Source of the DNA: Nageia nagi
Taxonomy: Eukaryota; Plantae; Pinophyta
Reading direction: 5' to 3'
Assembly (NCBI GenBank): GCA_050084985.1
Contig: JBITNC010000002.1
Location: 9,486,001 to 9,550,000 of the forward strand
DNA length: 64,000 nucleotides
Shown in pieces: positions 52,447 through 64,000 of this stretch. The position numbers and the translations under genes are program-made. The stretch's first letter is position 1. Every line of letters starts with the position of its first letter. Under the pieces are notes generated by a model. The model did no database searches and had not been told where the DNA came from. It was given only the letters and a program-made list of their open reading frames with translations.

Positions 52447-55195
52447 ACATATCCATGTGGATCACCTATTATTTTGGTTTCCAAGAAGGATGAAACATGG
52501 AAAATGTGCATTGAATATAGAGCATTAAACAAAATCACCATCAAAAATTGCTATCCTTTGCCTTGGATAGATGATCTTTTAGATTAGTTGAAAGGGGAAA
52601 GATTCTTCACAAAACTAGACTTAAGGAGTGGGTATCACCAAATTCGAATCAAGGAGGAGGACATTTGGAAGAATACTTTCAAGATAAGACAAAGCCTATT
52701 TGAATGTTTTGTTTTTCCATTTGGTTTGTGCAATACACCAACCACTTTTATGAGGGTAATGAATAATGTACTTCATCCATTTATTTATTCCTTTCTTTTT
52801 GTATACTTGAATGACATTCTTGTTTATAGTTCTACTTGGGAGGAACATATTGTACATTTTAGACAAGTATTTCAAGCTTTTCATAGGGAGACATTGTTAT
52901 TGAAACATTCAAAATGTGAGTTTGGCAAAGAATCTTTGGTGTATTTGGGCCATGTTATTGGTCATGGACAACTTAAGATAGATCCTAGTAAAGTATATGC
53001 TATAGTAGATTGGACAAGGCCATCTAATGTAACTAAAGTAAGGAATTTCATAGGTGCTTTCCAATATTTGAGAAAGTTTATTATCAATTTTTCACATATT
53101 GCTTCACCTTTACATGATGTAACCGGAAAGAGGCAAGTTTTCCAATGGGGAAAATAACAACAAATATCTTTTGATACTTTGAAGCAAAAGATTATTAGTG
53201 CACTTGTGCTAGCACCTCTTAATTTGTAGAAGCCATTTAAAGTGGATATTGATGCAAGTGACTATGCCATGCAAGCCATTTTATTACAAGATGGTAAACC
53301 AATTTGCTATCATTCTAAAAAGTTTAGTGGGGCCATTTTGAATTATCCTATTTATGATAAGGAAATGTATGCATTGGTTTAATATGTTAAAAAGTGGAAA
53401 ATTACTTAATAAGGAAAGAAACAATCATTCATACTAATCATCAACCATTAAGTATTTACAAACTCAATCAAAATTGCAACAAATTAGACACTAAATATTA
53501 ATGAGTTTTCTACAACAATTTCATATAGTGATCAAGTATAAAAAAGGATAATAGAATAAGGTTGTTGACATGCTTAGTAGACCACCTATACCTATAGATT
53601 CCACACTATTAGTGGTGTGTAGTATTGATTATGGGTCATTAATGTTGTGCAAATAAAGTATAGTGAGTCCCCTCTAATTGCTAATTTTTTTTTCCTTTTC
53701 TATTTGAGTCATTTTTAGAGGTATATGTGGAGGATACTGACTTCAGAGAGGTGTATGAGAAATTATCTTTATCTAGGTCCAAGTATGAGGGTTTGGATAA
53801 ATTTAATTTGCAAAATGGACTTTATCATTTTAATGCATTATGTGTACCTGTAGGTGAAAGAATTAGATTGACTAGAGAAGCAAATACTTCAAAGTTTGCA
53901 AGATATTTTGGGGTTGGAAAGACATTGTACAATTTGTAAAGGTATGTGTATTGGCCAAAGATGTAATATCAAGTTGCCAAGTACATAAGGGGGTATTATT
54001 TGTGTTGCACTAGTATGCCAAGCAACAAGAAATTAGGTTTGTATCAGCCACTTCTAGTACCTTCACATCCATGGGAGTATATTTCAATGGATTTTGTGGG
54101 AGAATTGCCTATGACTAAGAAGGTTCATGACTATTTATTTATTGTTGTAGATAGATTTAGTAAGATATGTGTTTTGATTCCATATAAAAAGACTATAATA
54201 GGACAAGATGTTGCAAATTTATTCTTTTTTCATGTTTGGGTTCATTTTGGATTTCCTAATTCTATTATTTCAGATAGTGACAGTCAATTTTTGGGCAAGT
54301 TTTGGACATGTTTGTTGGAAAATATGGATACAAGGTTGAAAAGGAGTAGTATCTTTCATCTTGAAATGGATGGATAAACTAAGGTGATGAATAGGATAGT
54401 AGTTCAACTCTTGAGGGGTTATTATGGCAAGCATCCTAAGTCTTGGGATGAACATCTTGAATATATCCAACATGCATACAATAGGGAAATTCATTCTTCC
54501 ATTAATAAGAGTCCTTTTGAGACTTATTTTGGTTATTTACCACCTTTAACTTTTGATTATGTGTTTGGGGAGCAAAGGGATGAAAAAAAATTCACTTGAG
54601 AAGGATGAAAAGCAAGTTGAAAAATTTGTTGAAAAGATTAGGCAAATTCATTTGAAATTCCAAGAGCAACTTGAGACAAGCCAAGCCAAGTACAAGATGA
54701 GATATGAAAAAACATAGAGTTTACCATATGTTTCATGTGGGAGACCATGTTTGGTTACATCTTAGTAAGGAGAGGTTGTAAGGACCAACCAAGAAGTTGA
54801 AACTTATAAGGTATGGACCATTTGAGATTATGGAGCAAATAAGTGAGAATGCTTTTAGATCGAACCTTCTAGCATATATGAACATCTATTTAGTTGTGAA
54901 TGTAGAGCATTTATAATTGTATGAGGAATATATGTTAAATGAAGATGAAGCAGGTTTAGATTAGATTTTTCCATGTCTTGATGACTTATCTCGTAATACT
55001 ATGGATAAACTCAAGGAGAATTCAATATTACAAAAGAGTGTTCGTACTACAAGAAGAGGTGAGATAGAGCTATGGTTGGTTGAATTGAAAGGAAAAAAGC
55101 TTAATATAGCCAAGTGGATAAATAGGTCTAGAGTTGGGGAGTTGTATCCTCATCTATGCATTTATAGGACCAAATACTTCTCCATTAGGGAGGTG

Positions 55196-55917
55196 TGATC
55201 TGAATTGGATCATATGTTTGGTTGTCTTTTCAAGAGTAATACTCATTTTAGAGGTATATGTGGTTAGATATAGACCAAAGATTGAAATATGGATTTATTT
55301 AACATTCAATTTTAGGCTACCAATGGCATGCAAATTGTTGATTTTACACTACTAATAACATGCACATTAATGAGTTGGTAGGAGAATTTAAGATACAGTG
55401 GCATTTTGAGAGATTGAGTAGTTCAAGTTCCATGGTTGATGCTTCAAAGTGTTTTGGAGGCTTATTTAATGGCATATATCATTCTTGATTCTCATTAAAG
55501 AGGATTATACAATTTTAGGATTTTAGAATTATAATAGTTTGAAGGAAGACTAAGAGTCATTCTAGAATTATTGTAGTTCTAAAATTGTTCCTTCTTGATA
55601 TAGGAGATTATAGTAGTGGTAGGATATTGTATTTTCATTGTATTGATGGTGTTTCTCTATGCATGTAATATTATAATGTCCATATACAATAAAAAGGGAA
55701 AGCTCCAATTCCATACTAGATTAGCACACCTTGGGTGAACTAAGGTAAATCATTCGGTTCATCTTATTATCTATTTGAGATTGTTAGTTTGTGATTTACA
55801 TTGTGCAATTCCAAATTTATATGCAATTTGTATGATCTAATAATGGTGAATGTATTTTTGTTCAAAATTATAAGTGAGGATCCAAGAATGCTATAAGCAT
55901 ATAATGATTATAAATCA
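55196..55917 (+). repeat. 3' LTR of the chromovirus
   Basis: TGATC...AATCA followed by TSD TTAGG; preceded by purine tract AGGGAGG. Confidence 0.92.
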
Positions 55918-56857
55918 TTAGGTATCCCTTTTGCATTTTAGGGATCACCACCCCAGCTTTGGAGCTATGTGATTGCTAAAGTGGAAAAAAGCTAGACTTC
56001 TAGAACTCCAAAAAGCTCTCATTAGTAGGAAAATTAAAATTTGCTCTAAGGTTCTTACATCTACCCATTTGTACTATTCATCCTATTGGGTTCCTTCATA
56101 GGCCTATTATAATAAATTGGAAAAGCTTCTTCAAGATTTCCTCTAGAATGGAAAAGCAAATAAGAAGGGATTCCATAAAGTGGCTTGGTAAACTTATTTC
56201 CTTCCTCAAGACTCTGAGGGCATGGGTCTTTTTAATTTTAAGTGCCAAGGTATGAATCTCTATGCTAAGTGGACTATTGGAGATTTGAAAGTATTTGAAG
56301 CCTAGAAAGTCCTCATAAAAAATGCTATATCTATGGACCTACCTCTTAATAGAAAAACCTATAAGGGGTTAGATTTTTCCTTCTTTGATTATAGATCTAG
56401 TATTTGTCAAAATTCTAGGCTTCTTTTTTATTCAAAGCATCTGGAAGGCTTGATAAAAAAGAATTCCTTGGATTAAATGCAAGGGTTATGGATTTCACAA
56501 AGGGCTCTCTATGAATCAATTGAATATTGGTTGTCTTCACTTTTTAGCTTAATTGTACCCCTCTAGTCTAGGCTCAATGTCTGCATGCCTGCAAGTTTTT
56601 CAAATGAGGCTTTTTTAATATTGCATATTTTTTTGATAAGCACTACAGGACTTTGATTTCATGCAACTATTTTGGGTATTTGTTTCACCTAACTACCTTG
56701 GATAGAGCCACCTATGATATTTTTATTGAGCTAACACCTTTTCCAACTTTGCACAAAATTGGTGGCAACTTGTAGAAACCATGGTGGAAAGAATTGGGAT
56801 GGTATATTGATATCCCCTTATTTAATTATAGAGTGGACTTGGGTTACAATTGGATTA

Positions 56858-59800
56858 TGCAAGTGAGAGAGTAAAACTATAAACTAAACAACTCTAAATT
56901 CTCAAAAACACATGAAAGCTCACAAGCACATCTACATAACTCACAAAATAATCTCACAATAGAACACAAGATGTAAGTGGTTCCTCCAACTAGGAGTACA
57001 TCCACTATCCTATAGCATAAGTTTACTCCATAAATTGATGTATGATCCAAAGAGGGATCCTTCTATTTATAGGACAAAATCTCTCTTTGGATCACCCTTT
57101 TACCTAATGTACAATAGCATAACATGCACATCCTTTTACCTAAGGGGCATGCTCATGACATGGAGTGTAGGACAAGTTACATTATCATATTCACTTAAAC
57201 ACTTAAGGTATATAATGATACCATTAAGTATTAGTGAATTTATAAAGAGGATTAATACAAACCTTTACAATAATGCATTATACATTCTAACACTCCCTCT
57301 TGATGCAATATTGGGATATAGCAAATAAGAGAGAAGAAGAAGAGAAACTAAGAGAGTTCTCCTCCAAATAGATACAACCAAAGATGAGAATTTTTTATCT
57401 ATTTGTGAATTAAGCAAGATCTAATTTAAGACTCACTCCTTTTCCAAATACAATCATTAACCATAATTGATTTCAATGTACATGAAGTAGTCATTCAACT
57501 GGAAGTCATGAAGAGTCTCCAAGAGCTTGCATATCCAAAGTAGCCTATAATCTTAAAGGAACTTGTAGGTCATAAGTAGCTCAAATAAAAATATTAATTA
57601 GTTGTAACATATTCATATCAACAAGGATAGATGAATCACACAAATGCCATCATGAACTAATCAATGGTGCATTATAATTCATCATGAAGATGCCAAGACA
57701 AAACTCATAGTCAACTATTATATATAAAACATGTGTTGATTATCATTACGAAATAGAGCATGCACATATGATTTCCTCACATATGGATAACTAAATAGTG
57801 TCAAAAGACACATAAGAGTTCCTCACACATGGATAACTAAATAGTGCTAGATTGGCCAATCTTTTTGCTTTAAAAATTTGTACAAGTTCCTCACATAGAG
57901 TGAACTTACCATGAAGGTGTATAAGAAAATTAACACTATACAACACAAACTCCTCCTAGGGGTGAATGTGTCATCACAAACATGAATTTAGCATAATAAT
58001 TCAAACTTCACTCCATCTTGAGGGCAAATTCACCAACCTAATAGCATCTCTAAGCTTACAGAATTGAGCTTTTGGGAGGGGATTCATGAACAAATAAGTG
58101 GAGTTCAAGATGGATGGATAATACTTTAGGTGTATGATTCCATAAAGATCTTTCTTTTTGATAAAATAGGTATGGATTTCCACATGTTTTATTCTCTGAT
58201 GGAACATAGGATTCTTAGCCAAAGAAATAGGCAATTGATTATCTGAATAAATCAAAGATGCTGTTAGCTTTCTCATACCCAATTTCTTTCTTTTCCAAAT
58301 AGCTTCCTAGGATACAATATATATGGCATGATATTAAACTTCTATGGTAGAAAGAGAAATAGTAGGCTTCTTCTTGGAAGCCTAGGAGATAGAACTTGAA
58401 CCAATGCTAAACATATACATAGAGGTTGATTTTCTATCATCTTTGTCTCCCCCATAGTCAGAATCTGAGAAGCCAAAGAGAATAAATGAGGGAAACTTAG
58501 AATACTTGAGATCAAAATCTTTAATCTTTACAACATACCTCAAGATTTTCTTAACAACATTAAGGTGCTCAACATATGGTTTTTGCATGAATCGAGTCAT
58601 CAAACTCACTGTAAAGGTAATATTTATCTTGAAAATAGTCAAATACAAAAAATTATCAATTAATTACTTGTAAGCTATAGCATCAGCTAACTGAGAGTTG
58701 TAGCTCAGAGAAATAGTGATTCCAAGAAAGACTAGGATCACAGCTTATCTACATTCATCTATTCCAAACTTCTGCAATATGTTTGATATATATTTAGATT
58801 GATTGAGATAAGTATAATCCTTGTATTAATACACTTGTATTCCAAGATAGTAGTGCAATAGACCAAGATCAATCATTTCAAATGTTTCCTTAAATTTATA
58901 TATGCACTCTTGAATGATTTATTTATTATTCCTAGTTATCAAAAGATCATCAACATAAAGGAGAATCAAGATCACATCTTTTCCCTAATTGAGAACATAT
59001 AGATCAGAGTCAAAAAAACACTTTAAAGAACCAATATCTAGAAAATACCTTGAAATATTTTTATACCAAGATCTAGGTGCTTGATTTAGTTCATATAATG
59101 TCTTCTTTAGCTTGCACACAAAGGACTCTTTACCTTACATAATGAACCCTTTTGGTTGATTCATGAAGATTTTCATATCTAAGTCACTATTGAGAAATGT
59201 ACTTTTGACATCAAGTTGAAAATATTTCCATACTTGAGTTATAGAAAGAACAAGGATAATTCTCATAGTAGACATCTTTGCCATGGGAGTAAAGGTTTCC
59301 TTATAATCTACATGTATTTTTAAGCAAAACCTTTGGCTACTAACCTTGCCTTGTATTTCTTAATATCCTCAATAGAATTGAACTTGACCTTGTAGATCCA
59401 CTTATTTCCAATCACATTCTTCTCATTGGGATAAAGAATCAAATTCCAAGTTTCATTTTTTATAAGCACCTCATACTCCACTTTCATGGCTTCCATCTAG
59501 CACTCATGCTTAGAAGCTTCTTTTAAGGTTAAGGGCTTATGCTTGTTAATTTTGGCAAATAAGGATTTGTTCAAGGTCATGCTCCTTGTTACCATTTGAG
59601 TTGGAGAGTTTTATTCCTAATATGACTTGTATACATCAATATCTAACCAACTATGTGTAACTAAAGAGTCCTATAAATCATCAATATCCTCATTAGAAGC
59701 AGATTCTCTAGGATGTTCATTGAACTTTACATCCCTTGAAACAAACATGACTTTGTAGGATGAAAAGTAGAGCCTATAGCTACTATGTTGACTATCATAA

Positions 59801-61722
59801 CCCACAAAGATATATTTTAGCTTTTTTCTCCAACTTTTTCTTTTTCTTAGAAATAATTTAGGAGAATGATTCACAACCAAACACCCTAAGGTGAGAAATG
59901 TTAGGTTTTCTTCCTGACCATGCCTCAAAAGGTGTTTTACCTTGAACAACTTTTGTGAGACACCTATTCAAAGTGTAAATAGCAGTGCTCATAGCTTCAC
60001 CCCATAAAAAAACTAGAAAGATTACCCAACATGCATCTAACCATTTCCATAATTATTATGTTTTTCCTTTCGACAACACCATTCTATTAAGGAGTGTAAG
60101 GAATTATAAACTATCTCTTGATTCCATACTTAGCACAATATTCATTAAACTTATTGCTATTATATTCTCCTCCATTATCTGATTTAAACATCTTGATTTT
60201 AAGGTTAGTTTAATTCTTAATAAAGGCCTTAAAAAACTTAAAACTCTCAAAGGTTTGATCCTCATGCTCAAGTAGATACCCAAAGGTCATTCTACTAAAG
60301 CCATCAATGAAAGTCAAGATATAAGATGCTCCTCCAAGCAACTTAGTTTGAAATGGACCCATCAAATTTGAATGCACAAGTTGAAGAGGTTGAGATGCTC
60401 TTGTTGTCTTATCTTTTTCAAACTTTTGTCTATGCATCTTGCCAAGAATGCACTTCTCGCATAGACTAATCAAAGGAGAAATTGAAGGCAAACCTTACAC
60501 AAGTTCTTGGTATTTCATGAGTTGAATACCATTATAGTTAAGGTGTGCTAAACATTGATGCCAAATATTACCTCTAGAACACACAATTGTAGCAAGACAC
60601 ATCTTTGTTGGAACTTGATCCACAATGTAAAGATCATCTTTCATTGATCCTTTAACCAAAGTGGAAAGTCCTTTCTTAATGTACTAGGATTAAGATTCAA
60701 ACTCAAAAGAGTACCTTTTTCTAGCAACTTGCATCATGGAGAGTAGGTTCATCCTAAGCTTAGGAACATAGAGCACATTGTCAAGAACCTTCCCTTGAAT
60801 CAACACTCCCAATTCCTTGGACTTCAAGGGTAGAGTTATCACCTATCATAACTACATATTTTCTATAGTTTTGAAGTTCTCAAACTTTTTCTTTTCAAAG
60901 CATAGGTGATTAGTGCAACCAGAATCAACAATCCAATCAGATAAAAAAGTATGAGACATGAAGTAGAGCATCATAACAAAACTAGCTTGAATATTCTTCT
61001 TTTCTTTAAAGTTTTTTACATTTCCATTACCTTTGTTCTTTTTCTCTCTTTTCTTTTTATAGCAATCAAATTCTTTGTGACCTTGGATGCCATAATAGTT
61101 GCAATTACCATCAAACTTTTTCTTAGGACATGGATTGTTTATTTTGCCTTTTCTATCTCTTCACTTGAAGAAGTTGTTGATATCATTATTCTTATTGTTG
61201 TTGTTGTTCTTGTTGTTGTCGTTGTTGCCATTATTCCTACTACTATTGTTTCTATTATCTCTTTTCTCAAACCTTTTGGGGGAGGAAGGATAAGATTTGT
61301 TTTGATGGTTGAACTTATTCTTGAAATGAGTTTTGGTTGCTCTAAGAGCAACATTATTATCTTTAGAAGAAGAAATCAACACCTTTTTATTAAGGGTTTC
61401 CTCATACTTCAAAAGGACCTTAGAAAGGTTCTCAAGGGAGAATACTTCATCATCATCAAGCCTTATTTCCAAAAACTATCATAAAGTTACCAAACTTTGA
61501 AGAAATACTTTGAAGAATTATGAAGACCATGAGCTCATCGTTGATCCAATTGCACCCACAAGCAACAAGTTGGGTCCTTATATCAATGATTTTGTTCAAG
61601 TAGATGGTAACATTTTCATCTTCCCCTTAACAAAGTTTTTATTCCAACCTTTAAGGACCGCTCACTTTCTAGCTCACAAATGCATTTTCATCTTCATTAG
61701 TCAATTGGTTTCATCTTCATCA
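56858..61722 (-). mobile_element. Ty1/copia retrotransposon, 5' LTR and gag start deleted
   Basis: 3' LTR 56858-57292 (TG...CA), PPT complement CTCCCTCT 57293-57300; RNase H (SDSDYGGDKDDRKSTS; NPMFHQRIKHVEI), RT (LYVDDLL), integrase (SDNGGE, CEKCILGKMHR), protease (WIVDSGCTNH), gag with CYYGIQGH knuckle remnant and Asn-rich tract. Confidence 0.92.
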
Positions 61723-63417
61723 TCCACTCTCTTACTCACATCGACATGCCTTGTAGTGTTCATAGTCACAATAGGATATTGAGAATTGGGCCTACTCTTC
61801 CCCTCCTTGAAAGTATTTTCATGATTTTGGGGATATCTCTTACCAACCTCCTATGAGGTGGGATATGTAGCCTCCAAATGCTCATGCTTTAGAATGGAAT
61901 GCATTTTCACCCTCCACTTTGGTTGTCTAGCAAGGGTGGTCTCAACCTCCATCTCCATAACATGCTATAGGATGGAGTGATAAAGAAGCTATCTCAACTA
62001 GGGGTAATGATAGTTGGGACCTTCTCCCTCTACCATCCAATGAATGGAATCACATGGTCATTACTAATATGCCCCCTACGAGATCTCCTCATGAGACTAA
62101 TCCTTTATTTGTTGTATATTATCAATGTTTAATTGAATAGTTACTATTTTATCTTAGCTTTATTTAAGTTGATATGGTTAGGGTTTGCTTAACCCATGAT
62201 TAGGGTTGAGCGATGTCTTAGGGTGTGCTCTATAGGACCCATAAACTAATTTTGTTGTAAAAGTTTTTATTTTAATATAATGTACTTTTCATAAAAAATA
62301 TTTTTAAGAAATAAGTTGCGGTAACATATATTTAGGAATTCATAGGATTTCCAAATAAATTCATAGCATTTAATAAATAATTCATAGAATTGTAAAATAA
62401 ACAATTCATAGATTTTAAAGTAAACAAATTCAAAGGTTTTCTCTTTTAAGAACATATAAATATTTAATAACCAAATTCTTATATTTCATCAAAAATCAAT
62501 GAACACAATATGAGAAATTTTGGAAATTAAAATAAGAATTTATGCAAACCTAGATTACATTCATTCAACATTATACCTTTTAATGGTTTATAACCTAAAT
62601 TTTGATTCTTAAAATCAATTATCTATAAACTAAAATTTGCAATTCTCATTGAAGAATGGAAATTTAATTCTTAACATAATCATATTTATCTAAAAAAAAT
62701 ACATAGAGCAATTTTCTTTTCAAAACCCATGAATCTATTTGAGTTTAATTCTTTTCAAAGCAATAAAAATAAAAAAAAAACACAAAGAGCACCTCTAATT
62801 TGCAAAATAAAATCCTTATGTAGTTATCTCTTCAACTCCACCCAGAAATATAAGCCAAAATAAATCCATTAACTAACACCCAAGCCAACATAAATGGGAG
62901 AAACAATAAAAAATACATAAATTTTCAAAAGTTTAAAAACCTAACTCTAAAAATCCTCAAGAGAAAAAACTAAAACTAATAGTTCTAATTTTGGTTTATT
63001 CATTTTTATATAGAAATCTATTATTTGATTAAATATAAACATTATTTATTATAGATACTTAACTTGTCTATTATTCTATGGAAAAAAATAAATATCTAAC
63101 TAATAAATAAAATACATAGGTATCAAGTACTATTTATTAAGCTTTATTTATTTACAATAATATTTATATCATATTTTGCAATTTTAAAATAAATAACCAA
63201 AACCTACAAAAAATGATATTTTACAAACACACAACCATGCAACACAATAGAAAAATAGAGCTCTTTTTTCATTAAGGCAACCTCTTTTCTCTCAATCAAA
63301 CAAACATAAAAAATACCTAAATGTATTTGTACAAGTCTCTTATGTGATGAGGCATCATCATCATGTCCAATTTATATCCAATCAAGTGACCCACTTAGTT
63401 TGGAACCTATTTCTATA

Positions 63418-63790
63418 AACATCATAATAATGAAAAAAATATAAAATAATGATATCATAAGCATGCTCCAAAAAAAAAACATACTTACCACAACATTATT
63501 TCAAATATAGAAAATAGGATTAAGCATAGGGTCATCACATCCTTCCCCACCTATGAATAGTATCATCCTCTGTGTTTGCATTATTCATAAGAATATATAT
63601 AATGAACATCATAATAATGAAAATACAAATACAATAATGATATTATAATCATGCTTCAAGCACAAACATATTTATCATAACATTATTTCAAATATAGAAA
63701 ATATGCTCAAGCAAAGGGTCATCACATCCTTCCCCTACAAGAATAGTATAATCCTCTATGTTTGCATTATTCATGAAATAAATATATTAA
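63418..63790. repeat. Two-copy ~187-bp tandem duplication
   Basis: AACATCATAATAATGAAAA at 63418 and 63605; shared GGGTCATCACATCCTTCCCC and TGTTTGCATTATTCAT. Confidence 0.9.
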
Positions 63791-64000
63791 AATAAGTAAA
63801 TTATTTTTTCATAACATCAACATCTTCCCATATTGTATAAGATTCAAATTATTGATCCTTTTAGACTTGAAACTCCTTTATTTTCCTATTTCTCAACTTT
63901 ATAGTTCTATGCCAAGAACCTTGATATGAAGTACTTAAATGGTCATTGGATCTACCATTTGTAAATTAGTTAAATCCAAAACATGTAAGGGATCATAAAT

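Larger units (their letters stand above)
41992..55917 (+). mobile_element. Ty3/gypsy chromovirus (CRM-like), full length but decayed
   Basis: LTRs 41992-42672 and 55196-55917; TSD TTAGG (41987-41991 and 55918-55922); PBS TGGTATCAAAGC 42675-42686; PPT before 55196; gag (DIPTFGGEVDA; CSHCDKHGHVYDKC), protease (IVDLGS, PYPLGW), RT (KLDLRSGYHQIRI, VYLNDILVYS), RNase H (DASD), integrase (PWEYISMDFV), chromodomain-like end. Confidence 0.95.
38311..62298 (+). mobile_element. L1 LINE, family copy B, in three pieces (38311-41991, 55918-56857, ~61724-62298)
   Basis: Collinear with copy A; RT resumes (LGIPF) after the gypsy 3' LTR; 3' part matches 32530-32852 and ends TTTTAATATAATGTACTTTTCATAAAAAA, resembling the 3' end of the 19.2-kb L1. 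Possible TSD AATATTTTT. Confidence 0.9.

Noticed and set aside
52588-54599. Longer RT and integrase ORFs as active genes
   Set aside because: Pieces of a pol with stops, frameshifts and a mutated catalytic motif (YLND).
60951-61484. 177-aa hydrophobic plus-strand ORF
   Set aside because: Antisense of the Asn/Lys-rich copia gag.
61850-61920. Minus-strand KWRVKMHSILKHEHL resembling a copia gag N-terminus
   Set aside because: This DNA aligns with L1 copy A (32640-32720), where the motif is absent; treated as coincidence.
62300-62460. Four AATTCATAG motifs, possible subterminal repeats of a DNA transposon
   Set aside because: No terminal inverted repeat or partner end identified.

Overview
Eukaryotic, AT-rich plant DNA. 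A gymnosperm-like source is inferred from the PPR and retroelement types and is not verified. Only one gene looks intact: a G-type (S-domain) lectin receptor-like kinase on the minus strand (ATG at 1020, running off the left edge, so the ORF track misses it). Its upstream region holds tandem repeats carrying double W-boxes. The other ~62 kb is mostly decayed, CG/CHG-depleted retroelements: an RTE-group (RTEX-like) LINE, several L1 LINEs, two Ty1/copia elements, and a three-level nest (L1 > chromovirus Ty3/gypsy > Tat/Ogre-like element) with resolvable LTRs, PBS/PPT and target-site duplications. A decayed paralogue of the lectin kinase (~33.0-33.5 kb) and a PPR fragment (~11.2-11.4 kb) lie between the elements. 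The most unusual signal is a regularly spaced GW/WG tryptophan repeat, resembling an Argonaute hook, at the 3' end of ORF2 in two copies of one L1 family. All alignments and translations were done by eye, and boundaries of decayed elements are approximate.
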